The notes: generated from the sequence alone by a model not told the origin. A DNA stretch of 64,000 bases from Gemmatimonadales bacterium (GCA_046262715.1 JBHEMG010000185.1:2425-66424), one strand, 5' to 3'. Numbered from the stretch's first letter, positions 8,094-17,079 are shown. Numbers and translations: made by a program.

Positions 8094-10255
8094 CAGGAGT
8101 AAAACTTTTTCCCTTGGCGGGCGTGCTCCTGAAGAACTTCGCACGGCACGAAGCGCGGGCCGTGGCGCTCGGCGAGCCGCTCGAGGTCGCTCACCAGGCG
8201 ATCAGCGCCGAGATCGTCCGCGTAGCGCAGCGGGCCGCCGCGGAAGGGGGGGAAACCGAATCCGAAAATGGCGCCGATATCGCCATCGCGCGGGCTGCGG
8301 ACGACGCCCTCGCCCAGCGCGCGCGCCGCCTCGTTGACCATGCCGAGCACGAGCCGCTGAAGGATCTCGGCGGGCCGGGGGCCACCGTTGGGGTGGACAC
8401 CGAGCAATCCATACACGCTTTCGTCCACGCCGCGCTTCTTGCCGCCTTTGTAGACATAAAAGCCGCGGCCCGACTTACGTCCCAGACGACCTGCTTTCAC
8501 CAAGGTCGTCACGCCGGGGCCCGGTGGCGCGATGATGTGATCGCCGTACGCCTCCTGCATCACCCCCGCGACTTTGACTGCGACGTCGAGTCCGACCTCA
8601 TCCAGCAACGTCACGGGTCCGACCGGAAATCCAAACCGAACGGCCATGCCGTCGATCTCCTCGATGGACGCGCCCTCAGCGAGCAGGTGCCCGACCTCAT
8701 TCGGGTAGGGCGCGAGAATCCGGTTGACCCAGAAACCTGGACTGTCCTGGACGACGATCACCGTCTTGCCCATACGCCGGCCGAATGCGACCGCGGTGCT
8801 GACAGTCTGCGGCTCGGTGCGCGCTCCGGGAATCACTTCGAGCAGCGGCATCTTGGCGACCGGTGAAAAGAAGTGCATGCCAATCACGCGCTCGGGCGCG
8901 CGCGCCGCCTCGGCGATGCGCGTAATCGGAATCGTCGACGTGTTGGACGCGAAGACCCCGCTCGATGGCAGCTCCGCCTCAACCTCACGCAGCACCTGCT
9001 GCTTCACCGCGAGGTCTTCGAACACCGCCTCGATCACCAGCTCGGCGCGGCCAAAACCGGCATAGCTGTCGCCGCCTGAGAGCAGCGCCGCCAGCCGCGC
9101 GTAGTCGTACTTCGTTATGCGACGCCGTTTCAAGCGATCGTCGAGGATCGCCCGTGCGGCGAGAATTCCCTGCGCCACGCGCCCCAGGTCGGCGTCCTTC
9201 ATCCGCACATCGACCGCCGCCTGGGCCACCGCGGTCCCCGCGATTCCCGATCCCATGAAGCCGGATCCGATGATGGCGAGGCGCTTTACACGCACCGGCG
9301 GCGGCGCGTTCGGAACGCCGGGATCCTTCTTGAGCTCGTTGGTCGCGAAGAAGATCTGCACCAGCTTGCGCGAGACGTCGGTGACCGCGAGCTGGCCAAA
9401 AAGCTGAGCTTCGCGCTTCAACCCTTCCGGGAGGCCGTGGCGCAGCCCGTATTCCACCGCGTCGAGCGCGGCAAGCGGCGCCGGATAATGGCCGGCGGTG
9501 CGCTCGAGCACCTGTTTTCGCGCTGTACGAAATACGAGACGGCGCCCCAGGGGATTGCCGTCGAGGAGAAAACCCAGAACGCCGCCACGGCGCTTGCGCT
9601 TGGGCCGCCACCCGGTCGCCATGCGCCGGGCAGCCGCGACTGTGATCTCGGCGAGAATCGGCGCCGCCACCAGCTCATCCACCATGCCGAGGCGGAAGGC
9701 TTTGGCGGCGCGTTCCGTCTTGCCGGCGAGAATGATGTCGAAGGCGGCCCGCGCGCCGATCAGACGTGGCAGCCGCTGGCAACCGCCCGCGGCAGGAAGG
9801 ATGCCCAGCTGGACTTCCGGCAGACCGATTTGCGTCTTGGGGTGATCCGTTGCGACCCGGTAGTGGCAGGCCAGGGCGAACTCGAATCCACCGCCCACAC
9901 ACGCGCCATGGATGCCGACCGCGACCGGCTTGGGAAATCGCGCAATGCGATCGAGCATCTCCTGCCCGTCCGCGGCCAGCCGCTCAGCCTCGGCCGCCGA
10001 CGTCAGTCTGACGAACTCCTCGACATCTGCCCCGGCGATGAAATTGTCGGCTTTGCCGGACAGAAACGCGATTGCGCGCACGCTCGGATCGTCCGCCAGC
10101 GCCGCGAAACAGGCGAGGAATTCATCCTTCACGGCGCGCGAGAAGACGTTGACGTGCTGGCCCTTCAGATCGAACACGACGGTCGCGATGCCGTCCGCGA
10201 CGTCCCACGTAACGGCCGGTGCGCCGCGCATTGCCGGAGCCGCGAGTGTCGCCAT
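8093..10255 (-). CDS. Fatty-acid oxidation multifunctional enzyme: enoyl-CoA hydratase / 3-hydroxyacyl-CoA dehydrogenase (FadJ/FadB-like)
   Basis: N-terminal crotonase fold (FIAGADVEEF, HGACVGGGFEFALAC) followed by an NAD-binding IIGSGFMGSGIA 3-HCDH domain. The MATLAAP start at 10255 overlaps the thiolase stop (TGATG). Confidence 0.9.
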   Translation of the reverse strand: MATLAAPAMRGAPAVTWDVADGIATVVFDLKGQHVNVFSRAVKDEFLACFAALADDPSVRAIAFLSGKADNFIAGADVEEFVRLTSAAEAERLAADGQEMLDRIARFPKPVAVGIHGACVGGGFEFALACHYRVATDHPKTQIGLPEVQLGILPAAGGCQRLPRLIGARAAFDIILAGKTERAAKAFRLGMVDELVAAPILAEITVAAARRMATGWRPKRKRRGGVLGFLLDGNPLGRRLVFRTARKQVLERTAGHYPAPLAALDAVEYGLRHGLPEGLKREAQLFGQLAVTDVSRKLVQIFFATNELKKDPGVPNAPPPVRVKRLAIIGSGFMGSGIAGTAVAQAAVDVRMKDADLGRVAQGILAARAILDDRLKRRRITKYDYARLAALLSGGDSYAGFGRAELVIEAVFEDLAVKQQVLREVEAELPSSGVFASNTSTIPITRIAEAARAPERVIGMHFFSPVAKMPLLEVIPGARTEPQTVSTAVAFGRRMGKTVIVVQDSPGFWVNRILAPYPNEVGHLLAEGASIEEIDGMAVRFGFPVGPVTLLDEVGLDVAVKVAGVMQEAYGDHIIAPPGPGVTTLVKAGRLGRKSGRGFYVYKGGKKRGVDESVYGLLGVHPNGGPRPAEILQRLVLGMVNEAARALGEGVVRSPRDGDIGAIFGFGFPPFRGGPLRYADDLGADRLVSDLERLAERHGPRFVPCEVLQEHARQGKKFYS

Positions 10256-11514
10256 CAGCGACGCTCCAGAATCATCGCAAAGCCCATTCCGCCCTGTGCG
10301 CATACGGAGATGAGGCCGAACTGCACGTCACGACGGCGCATCTCGTTGGAGAGCGTGGTGACGAGCCGGCCGCCCGTTGCGCCGAACGGATGGCCGATTG
10401 CGATCGAGCCGCCCATGACGTTGATGATGTCCTCGTTGATCTCCCAGCCCTTGACCGCAAAGCCCTGGAGATTCGAGAGGACCTGCGAGGCAAACGCTTC
10501 GTGCAGCTCGATGAGGCCCAGGTCCTTCCATTGAATACCGGCGCGCTCGAGCGCCTTGGGGACGGCCCACACCGGCGCCTGCAGCAGCTGCCAGCCCGGA
10601 TCGACGGCCGCGACGGCGTAGGAACGGATGTAGGTCAGTGGCTCGTAGCCCAGCGCGCGGGCTTTCTCGTCACTCATCAGCAGCACTGCCGAAGCGCCGT
10701 CCGTCAGGGGAGAGGCGTTGGCCGCGGTCACGGTGCCGTAGCGGCGGTCGAACACCGGCCTGAGCTTGGCCGTCTGCTCGATCGATGTGTCCACTCTGAT
10801 GCCGTTGTCCTGCTGCACGATCGCTTCGCCAGGGCGATTCGAGAGCCACGGCACGATCTCAGCGGTGAGCCGGCCGTCGGCCGTCCCCTGGGCGGCGAGC
10901 TTATGGCTGCGCAGCGCCCAGCGATCCTGCTCCTCACGCGAGATGTGGTATTCCTTTGCCATTTTTTCGGCCGATTGGCCCATCGACTCGCCGGTCGACG
11001 GCTCGGCGATCGCCGGCGCGACGGGCACGAGATCGCGCGGCCGGATCTTGGCAAATGTCCTGATGCGCGCGCCGAGCGATTTTGCCTTGCTGGCCTCGAC
11101 CAGAATGTCGGCCAGGCGGCGCGAAGCGAGGATCGGAATATCGGACAACGCCTCCGCGCCTCCCGCGATGATGACGTTGGCATTGCCGAGCGCGATCTGG
11201 TCATGCGCGGAGCTGACCGCCTGATTGGATGAGGCGCAGGCGCGATTCAGTGAATACGCGGGGATTTCCTTGGGGAACTGCGGGAGCAGGCTGACTTCAC
11301 GCCCGATGTTCGGGACCAGCGCGGAGGGCACCACTTGGCCGAATACGACCTCGTCCACCTCATCGCCGTCCAGATTGGTGCGCTCGAGCAGCTCGCGCGT
11401 GGCGTAGCGCGCGAGATCGACGGCGCGCGCATACTTCAGCGACGTGCCGGCTTTGCTGAACGGCGTCCGGACGCCGGCGATCACTGCCACGCGCCGACCG
11501 TTGAGACCGGGCAT
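10255..11514 (-). CDS. Acetyl-CoA C-acyltransferase (thiolase, FadA/FadI-like)
   Basis: ORF 10255..11712. Conserved part runs from MPGLNGRRVAVIAGVRTPF. Motifs LNRACASSNQA (active Cys), NVMGGSIAIGHPFGATG and CAQGGMG. A GAGGGGAAG Shine-Dalgarno precedes ATG 11514. Confidence 0.9.
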   Translation of the reverse strand: MPGLNGRRVAVIAGVRTPFSKAGTSLKYARAVDLARYATRELLERTNLDGDEVDEVVFGQVVPSALVPNIGREVSLLPQFPKEIPAYSLNRACASSNQAVSSAHDQIALGNANVIIAGGAEALSDIPILASRRLADILVEASKAKSLGARIRTFAKIRPRDLVPVAPAIAEPSTGESMGQSAEKMAKEYHISREEQDRWALRSHKLAAQGTADGRLTAEIVPWLSNRPGEAIVQQDNGIRVDTSIEQTAKLRPVFDRRYGTVTAANASPLTDGASAVLLMSDEKARALGYEPLTYIRSYAVAAVDPGWQLLQAPVWAVPKALERAGIQWKDLGLIELHEAFASQVLSNLQGFAVKGWEINEDIINVMGGSIAIGHPFGATGGRLVTTLSNEMRRRDVQFGLISVCAQGGMGFAMILERR

Positions 11515-11605
11515 TAGATTCTTCCCCTCTTCTGGAATTCGAAACCTACTACTACCCCCAAGTGGAGGGGAGTTGGAGCAGACGCGGGCGGCAGCCTTGG
11601 CTTCC

Positions 11606-13180
11606 ATGGCCGACACGGCCGTCGACGTGTTGATCATTGGCGGCGGCATTACCGGCGCGGGCATCGCGCGCGATGCAGCGCTGCGGGGCTTTCGAACTGC
11701 GCTCGTGGACAAAGGGGACTTCGGGGCCGGGACATCGTCGCACTCATCACGGCTGATTCACGGCGGCATTCGCTATCTGGAGCAAGGCGCATTGCGACTG
11801 GTCTTCGAGGCGAGTCACGAGCGCCGCGTCTTGCTGACAATTGCCCCACATCTCGTGCGTCCCCTCGCATTTCTGTTTCCCGTGTACCGCGGCGGGCGCA
11901 TCCCTGGCTGGAAGCTGCGCGCCGGAATGTGGCTGTACGATCTGCTGTCGGCCTTTCGCAACGTGAAGTGGCACCGCTGGCTGCGGGCCAAGAAGGTGCG
12001 CCGGGTCGAGCCGGGCCTGCGCGATCGCGGTCTCGTCGGTGCGGCGCTGTACTATGACGCGCAGACCGACGACGCGCGGCTCGTGATCGCGACGACGCGC
12101 AGCGCCGCGCGCGCCGGCGCGCTCGTAGCGAACTATGTCGAAGTGATGTCGCTGCTCAAGCCGGACGGACGGGTGCGCGGCGTGACGGTTCGCGACCTGC
12201 TCACCGGAGAGACTGCGAGCATTCGCGCCAATGTCGTGATCAATGCGACGGGACCGTGGACCGACATGCTCCGCCGCATGGACGATCCCGGCGCGGAGCC
12301 GCTGCTGCGGCCGACCAAAGGCGCGCACGTCGCCGTTCCGCGCGGCCGCATGGGGAATGAGTATGCCGTGACCCTCCTGTCTCCGCTCGACGGCCGGGTC
12401 ATGTTCGTGCTCCCGTGGGGCGATTTGTCGTACATCGGTACCACCGATACCGACGCCGACTCCTCGCCGGACGCATTGCGCGTGGCGCCGGAAGACGTGA
12501 CGTATTTGCTGCGGTCGGCCAATGCGGCGTTTCCCGACGCCCATCTCGCCGCCACCGACGTCGTTTCGACCTGGGTGGGACTGCGGCCGTTGCTGCGCCA
12601 GGACAGCGCCAATCCGTCGCAGGTGTCGCGCGAGCATCGGATCGTGGAAAGCGCGCACGGATTGATCACGATCGCCGGAGGGAAGCTCACAACCTTTCGG
12701 ATCATGGCCCGCGACGTCGTGGATCGCGTCGCGAAGCGCCTGCACGAGCTCGACGGGCGGCCCGTGGCGAGGCGGCCGCCCACCGACCGGCTGCCGCTTC
12801 CCGGCGGCGAGGCGGCCGAGCTGGAAGTGCTGGTCGAGTCCGCGCGCGCGCGCGGCGCGTCGGAAGCGACGGCCCGTCACCTCGTCGGGCAGTACGGCAG
12901 TGACGCCGCGGCGGTACTCAATCTCGTGGATCGGGATCGGCACCTGGGCGGCGCAATCGTGGCGGGACGGCCGGAGATCTGGGCGGAGGTGGACTATGCC
13001 GTCGCGCGCGAGATGGCGCTGCGCCTGCAGGATGTCTTGATGCGGCGAATGCACCTGTACTATGAGCTGCGCGATCATGGGCAGGCGGTCGCGGGGGCCG
13101 TCGCCGCCCGGATGAAGAAGCTCCTCGGCTGGGACGAGACCCGTGAAGCCGAGGAGCTTCGAGACTACTTCAAGGTTTGA
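11606..13180 (+). CDS. glpD: FAD-dependent glycerol-3-phosphate dehydrogenase
   Basis: ORF 11444..13180. MADTAVDVLIIGGGITGAGIARDAALRG dinucleotide fold, SSHSSRLIHGGIRYLE, GGKLTTFR. An alternative in-frame TTG lies at 11573, just after GGAGGGGAG. Confidence 0.85.
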   Translation: MADTAVDVLIIGGGITGAGIARDAALRGFRTALVDKGDFGAGTSSHSSRLIHGGIRYLEQGALRLVFEASHERRVLLTIAPHLVRPLAFLFPVYRGGRIPGWKLRAGMWLYDLLSAFRNVKWHRWLRAKKVRRVEPGLRDRGLVGAALYYDAQTDDARLVIATTRSAARAGALVANYVEVMSLLKPDGRVRGVTVRDLLTGETASIRANVVINATGPWTDMLRRMDDPGAEPLLRPTKGAHVAVPRGRMGNEYAVTLLSPLDGRVMFVLPWGDLSYIGTTDTDADSSPDALRVAPEDVTYLLRSANAAFPDAHLAATDVVSTWVGLRPLLRQDSANPSQVSREHRIVESAHGLITIAGGKLTTFRIMARDVVDRVAKRLHELDGRPVARRPPTDRLPLPGGEAAELEVLVESARARGASEATARHLVGQYGSDAAAVLNLVDRDRHLGGAIVAGRPEIWAEVDYAVAREMALRLQDVLMRRMHLYYELRDHGQAVAGAVAARMKKLLGWDETREAEELRDYFKV

Positions 13181-14444
13181 CTCTCACGCGCGGCCGCACG
13201 CGTACGCGCGGGCCGTGATCATCATCGTCGTCGTCGATCTGCCGGAGCGCCCACGTCGCGGCATGGCGGACGGCGCCCGACTCATCCCGCTGGGCGGCGG
13301 TCAGGCCGTCGCGCGCGCGGGGACTCTCGATCTCGCCAAGAGCCCAGGCCGCGGTTGCGCGCACGTCGATGTCGCTGTCTTTCAGCGCGGCAATAAGCGG
13401 CTCGACGGCCCGATCGTCCTCGATTTCACCCAGGGCCCACGCGGCGAGCACCCGCACTTCAGGATCGGTGTCTTTGAGCGCCTGTGCCGCGGGCGCGACG
13501 GCGCCGCCATCTTCGATTTCTCCCAGCGCCCATATCGCCGTTTTGCGCACGTCGGTGACCGGATCGCGCATCAGCGTCTCCAGCGCCGCGATGCCCTGCG
13601 CGCTTTCGATTTCGCCCAGCGCCCATGCCACGGCCTGGCGGACCCGCGGCTCCCGGTCCTTCGTCGCGGGCGCGAGGAGGGGCACTGCGGCGGCATCCTC
13701 GATTTCCCCCAAGGCCCACACGGCCACGATCCGCACATCGAGCGACGGATCATTCAACGCCACGCCGAGCGGCCGGACCGCGCGCGCATCTTCGATTTCC
13801 CCGAGTGCCCAGGCCGCGGTGCGCCGCACCTCGGGCGCACGATCGCCGAGCGCGCGGGCGAGCGCATCGATCGTCGACTTCTCCTCGGTCTCCCCCAACG
13901 CCCAGGCTGCCGTCATGCGGACCGTGGAACTGGTGTCGCGACCCAGTGCATCGCTCAGCGCGTTGATGGAACGGGCATCCTCGAGCTCGCCCAAGCCGAG
14001 TGCGCCGGTCTCGCGCAGGTCGGCGCGCGAATCACGCAGCAATGTGGCGAACAGGTCCCGTGTATCCGATCCGCGGTGTCGTCCCAGGACGCGCGCGGCA
14101 ATGTTGCGCACGCAGCGGTTGTCGTCGCGGATCACGGCCCGGAAGGCGCGCAACACGGCGGGATCCATGTCATGCGGGCTCTCGTGGAAGTCCACGTCCA
14201 TACCACCGCCACCCCCGCCCGGCATCGGCATGGGTGTCGGCATCGGCCGCGGCATGGCCATGCCTGGATCCGAGAAGCCCCAACCCCAGAAGCCGCCATA
14301 GTTGCCAAGCGCCTCGCCGGCGAGGGCGCATATGGTGGAATCGCTGGTGCGAAGCTGGCTTAGGACACGGGCAGCGGTTGTGGAGTCGAGCGGAGGGCGA
14401 ATTTGGGCGGCGAGCAACAGAGCGGCGAGCAGCGGCGCGATCAT
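13170..14444 (-). CDS. Secreted HEAT (PBS-lyase type) repeat protein
   Basis: N-terminal hydrophobic leader, an MP/G-rich linker (PMPTPMPMPGGGGGG), then at least 8 consecutive 31-aa units VRxxAAWALGEIEDxxAVxxLxxALxDxxxx, ending in DDDDDDHGPRVRVRPRVRVKP. Confidence 0.85.
   Translation of the reverse strand: MIAPLLAALLLAAQIRPPLDSTTAARVLSQLRTSDSTICALAGEALGNYGGFWGWGFSDPGMAMPRPMPTPMPMPGGGGGGMDVDFHESPHDMDPAVLRAFRAVIRDDNRCVRNIAARVLGRHRGSDTRDLFATLLRDSRADLRETGALGLGELEDARSINALSDALGRDTSSTVRMTAAWALGETEEKSTIDALARALGDRAPEVRRTAAWALGEIEDARAVRPLGVALNDPSLDVRIVAVWALGEIEDAAAVPLLAPATKDREPRVRQAVAWALGEIESAQGIAALETLMRDPVTDVRKTAIWALGEIEDGGAVAPAAQALKDTDPEVRVLAAWALGEIEDDRAVEPLIAALKDSDIDVRATAAWALGEIESPRARDGLTAAQRDESGAVRHAATWALRQIDDDDDDHGPRVRVRPRVRVKP
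13236..14114 (-). repeat. Coding tandem array of 93-bp (31-aa) HEAT units
   Basis: Counted on the protein. Units begin at residues 111, 143, 175, 206, 237, 268, 299, 330, 361 and 392 (the last is partial). Confidence 0.8.
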
Positions 14445-14513
14445 CGTTATTCCCGGGTGGAGGATACCACCGTTGGATAGGCCGACGGGTCTGGAAGGTT
14501 GCCGCCTTCAGAA

Positions 14514-15362
14514 ATGCCGGTATTATCTCGCGTCGTGCGTCTGCGTACCTGGGCGCTGGCCGCCCTCATCGTCTGCTGGGCCGCGTGTTCCCGCACCGAT
14601 TCACCACATCGCGCGTCAGCGGTGAGCGGTGGAGCGGCTGCGCCGGCGGATACGGTCATCCCTCCGGGTCCGTACGGCGATGCCGTGCGACGCGGGCGCG
14701 CAATTCTCACGGCGACGCGCGATAGCTTGCCGGCCCACGTCGGTAACAAGCTCCGCTGCACGAGTTGTCATCTCGATGAAGGGCGGCGGGACAACGGCTC
14801 GTGGGTCGGAGTGTTCGCGCGTTATCCGCAGTATCGCGCGCGGAGCGGCGTCGTCGAGACGATCGAATACCGCGTCAATGATTGCTTCCGACGCAGCATG
14901 AACGGCACAGCGATCGACGTGGCGGGGGCGGACATGCGAGACATCGTCACCTACTTCGCATTCCTATCGCGCGGTGTCGGCGTGGCACCACCGGCGCCCG
15001 GCAGCAGACTCCAGAAGTGGACGTCGTTCAAGGCCGATACCGCGGCGGGGGCGCGTGTGTTCACGGCGTCGTGTGCCAAGTGCCATGGGCCGGCGGGTGA
15101 GGGCACGACGGGTGCGCCACCGCTGTGGGGGCCGCAATCGTACAACCTCGGTGCCGGGATGTCGCGGGTGCGTACGGCCGCCGAATTTATCAGCCGCAAC
15201 ATGCCGTTTGACGCCCCGGGGACGCTGGCCGACCAGCAAGCATTCGACGTGGCCGGCTACGTCAACGCGCATGCCCGACCGGATTTTCGGGGCAAAGAGA
15301 ACGATTGGCCGAATGGAGATCCACCACCTGATGTCGCTTACCCAACACGGACTCACCACTAG
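14514..15362 (+). CDS. tsdA: Dihaem cytochrome c, thiosulfate dehydrogenase (TsdA) family, probable lipoprotein
   Basis: Two CxxCH motifs (CTSCH, CAKCH). The block YPQYRARSGVVETIEYRVNDCFRRSMNG contains the Cys that serves as haem ligand in TsdA. Also PPLWGPQSYNLGAGM...NMPF. The signal MPVLSRVVRLRTWALAALIVCWAAC is present. The start is uncertain (TTG 14499, ATG 14514 or GTG 14535). Confidence 0.65.
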   Translation: MPVLSRVVRLRTWALAALIVCWAACSRTDSPHRASAVSGGAAAPADTVIPPGPYGDAVRRGRAILTATRDSLPAHVGNKLRCTSCHLDEGRRDNGSWVGVFARYPQYRARSGVVETIEYRVNDCFRRSMNGTAIDVAGADMRDIVTYFAFLSRGVGVAPPAPGSRLQKWTSFKADTAAGARVFTASCAKCHGPAGEGTTGAPPLWGPQSYNLGAGMSRVRTAAEFISRNMPFDAPGTLADQQAFDVAGYVNAHARPDFRGKENDWPNGDPPPDVAYPTRTHH

Positions 15363-15372
15363 GAGGCTTCCG

Positions 15373-16047
15373 ATGTTCGAGTTTCAAGACGTCACCACTC
15401 ACCGGCGCGGTTTTCTCGGCACGCTCGCGGCGGCTGCTGCCGCCGGTTTCTCGACTTTGACGCCGCTGCGCCTCGAGGCGACACCGCGCCCCGCATCGCG
15501 CAAAGGCCTCGATGCGTCGTTCGAAACGTGGCTCGGCAAGATCACCGGCAAGCACAAGATGTTGTTCGATGCGCCGGAACCCAACGGCGGGATGGCGGTC
15601 GTCTGGCCGCGCGTCTGGCTCAACGGCAACAACGACAACTACGGCACCAAAGACGGCGAGAACTCGGCAGTCATCGTGCTGCGCCATGCGGCCTTTCCGC
15701 TGGCTCTCCAGGATGCGGTGTGGGCGAAATACCATTTCGGCGAGCTGGTCAACATCAAGGAGGGTGATGCGCCGGCCACGCGTAACCTCTACGCAAAGAC
15801 TCTGCCGCTGCCGCTGCCCGGTACCGGCGTCGAGGCGCTGCTCGCGAGTGGCGCGCAGGTCGGTGTCTGCAACGTCGCGCTGTCGGTGTACAGCGGTATG
15901 GTGGCGCAGAAGATGAGCATGGATCCCGCCGCGGTGAAAGCGGAGTGGGTCGCCGCGCTCATCCCGGGCGTGCAGGTCGTGCCGTCCGGAGTGCTCGCGG
16001 TCGCGCGGGCACAGGAGAAGGGCTGCGCGTACTGCTTCGCTGGGTGA
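15373..16047 (+). CDS. Tat-exported protein, probably DsrE/DsrF-like sulfur-relay fold
   Basis: This is the internal part of ORF 14974..16047. AGGAGG at 15361 plus 6 nt plus ATG 15373. Twin-arginine signal HRRGFLGTLAAAAAAG. The C-terminal pattern GAQVGVCNVAL...VPSGVLAVARAQEKGCAYCF resembles DsrE-family proteins; the family call is tentative. Confidence 0.55.
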   Translation: MFEFQDVTTHRRGFLGTLAAAAAAGFSTLTPLRLEATPRPASRKGLDASFETWLGKITGKHKMLFDAPEPNGGMAVVWPRVWLNGNNDNYGTKDGENSAVIVLRHAAFPLALQDAVWAKYHFGELVNIKEGDAPATRNLYAKTLPLPLPGTGVEALLASGAQVGVCNVALSVYSGMVAQKMSMDPAAVKAEWVAALIPGVQVVPSGVLAVARAQEKGCAYCFAG

Positions 16048-16055
16048 CCAATGGG

Positions 16056-16083
16056 GCGGTGAGGGGCGCAAGCCCCTCACCGC
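16056..16083. terminator. Bidirectional intrinsic terminator hairpin between convergent genes
   Basis: GCGGTGAGGGGC gcaa GCCCCTCACCGC forms a perfect 12-bp stem with a 4-nt loop, followed by TGCTTATTT on the plus strand. It sits 8 nt after the stop at 16047 and 3 nt from the minus-strand stop at 16087. Confidence 0.7.
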
Positions 16084-16086
16084 TGC

Positions 16087-17079
16087 TTATTTCCAGCCGC
16101 GGAGACTCCGGACAAAATCGTGTAGCAACAAAAACTTCTCATACACCCGCACACCTTTGCGCTTGCGGCCGAACTCGCTGAACAGTTCCCGCAACCTGCC
16201 ACGCCGCGCCACGTAAAACCGGAACGTCTCAGCGAAATCCTCCTGCGGATGCGTCGCGGCGTAGGCGCTCACGAAATCGGTCAACGTGGTCGCAATGCGC
16301 CGCCGCTCGAAGTCCACCCAGTGCTCGTCGGCGACGCGATATGCCTTCCGAACCTCGCCGAAGACGCGCCGGAACCGCCCGGACCGCGTCCAGGTCCAGT
16401 GATGGTACAGAAACGAGTGCCCGAGCTCGTGCAGCAACAATCCCGTCAACATGTTCCAGGAAATCTCGTCGCGGCGGCGTTTGCCGGTCACGTAGCGGCG
16501 GTCGATCTCGATGACCTTGGGCGCGCGGGGAGCGACCCCCGAGACGCCGGGGCGCAGCACGACGCGGTAATGCCAGTCGCGGATTCGGGCCACGATGAGC
16601 AAGCGCCGCGCTCGCCGCAGCGCGCGGGGGATGAGATCGCGGCCGGTCGCATCCTCGCCGCACCATGGGCAGGTGGCCATCCAGTCGTCCACGCCGCGGT
16701 CGCAATGCGGGCAGGCGTTTTGGAAATGATCGTAGCGCCACGTCTGCGTGCGCCCGCACCACGGGCAGAACCGCATCGGGTACATGACGCCGCCACCGCA
16801 CCCCCAGTCGCAGCGCGCGTGGAACTTGAAGCCTTTCGGCGCCTTGAGCGGCTCATCGCTCGAATCCTTGTCCTGGATGTTGCGGCCACACCAGGGGCAG
16901 AACGACGAGGCATCCGAGACCATCCAGCGGCAGTACGCGCACTCGGCCCCGGTCTCCCGCTGCGTGTCGGGCCACTCCTGCTGTCGGCTACAACTTGGGC
17001 AAAAGCTCCAGAATCGCTCCAGCTCGGTGTGACAGCGGGCGCAGCGCAGCTCGGGCGTGGGGACTTCACGGCGGCTCAC
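16087..17079 (-). CDS. Four-fold zinc-ribbon protein fused to a HExxH putative zinc-metallopeptidase domain
   Basis: Four CxxC-x11-13-CPxC units: CARCH..FCPSC, CAYCR..FCPWC, CDWGC..FCPWC and CPHCD..TCPWC. The C-terminal part has LLHELGHSF plus a downstream EDFAETF. The GTG start at 17079 overlaps the upstream stop (GTGA). Confidence 0.75.
   Translation of the reverse strand: MSRREVPTPELRCARCHTELERFWSFCPSCSRQQEWPDTQRETGAECAYCRWMVSDASSFCPWCGRNIQDKDSSDEPLKAPKGFKFHARCDWGCGGGVMYPMRFCPWCGRTQTWRYDHFQNACPHCDRGVDDWMATCPWCGEDATGRDLIPRALRRARRLLIVARIRDWHYRVVLRPGVSGVAPRAPKVIEIDRRYVTGKRRRDEISWNMLTGLLLHELGHSFLYHHWTWTRSGRFRRVFGEVRKAYRVADEHWVDFERRRIATTLTDFVSAYAATHPQEDFAETFRFYVARRGRLRELFSEFGRKRKGVRVYEKFLLLHDFVRSLRGWK

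Noticed and set aside
11523-11578. A 7-bp inverted repeat TCCCCTC...GAGGGGA in the thiolase/glpD divergent region, considered as an operator.
   Set aside because: The two arms are most simply the Shine-Dalgarno sequences of the two divergent genes (GAGGGG on each strand), not a protein-binding palindrome.
13236-14114. A CRISPR-like or other non-coding tandem repeat, suggested by the 93-bp periodicity.
   Set aside because: The periodicity is in frame and encodes conserved HEAT units inside one long ORF. There are no spacer-like unique segments and no cas genes in the window.
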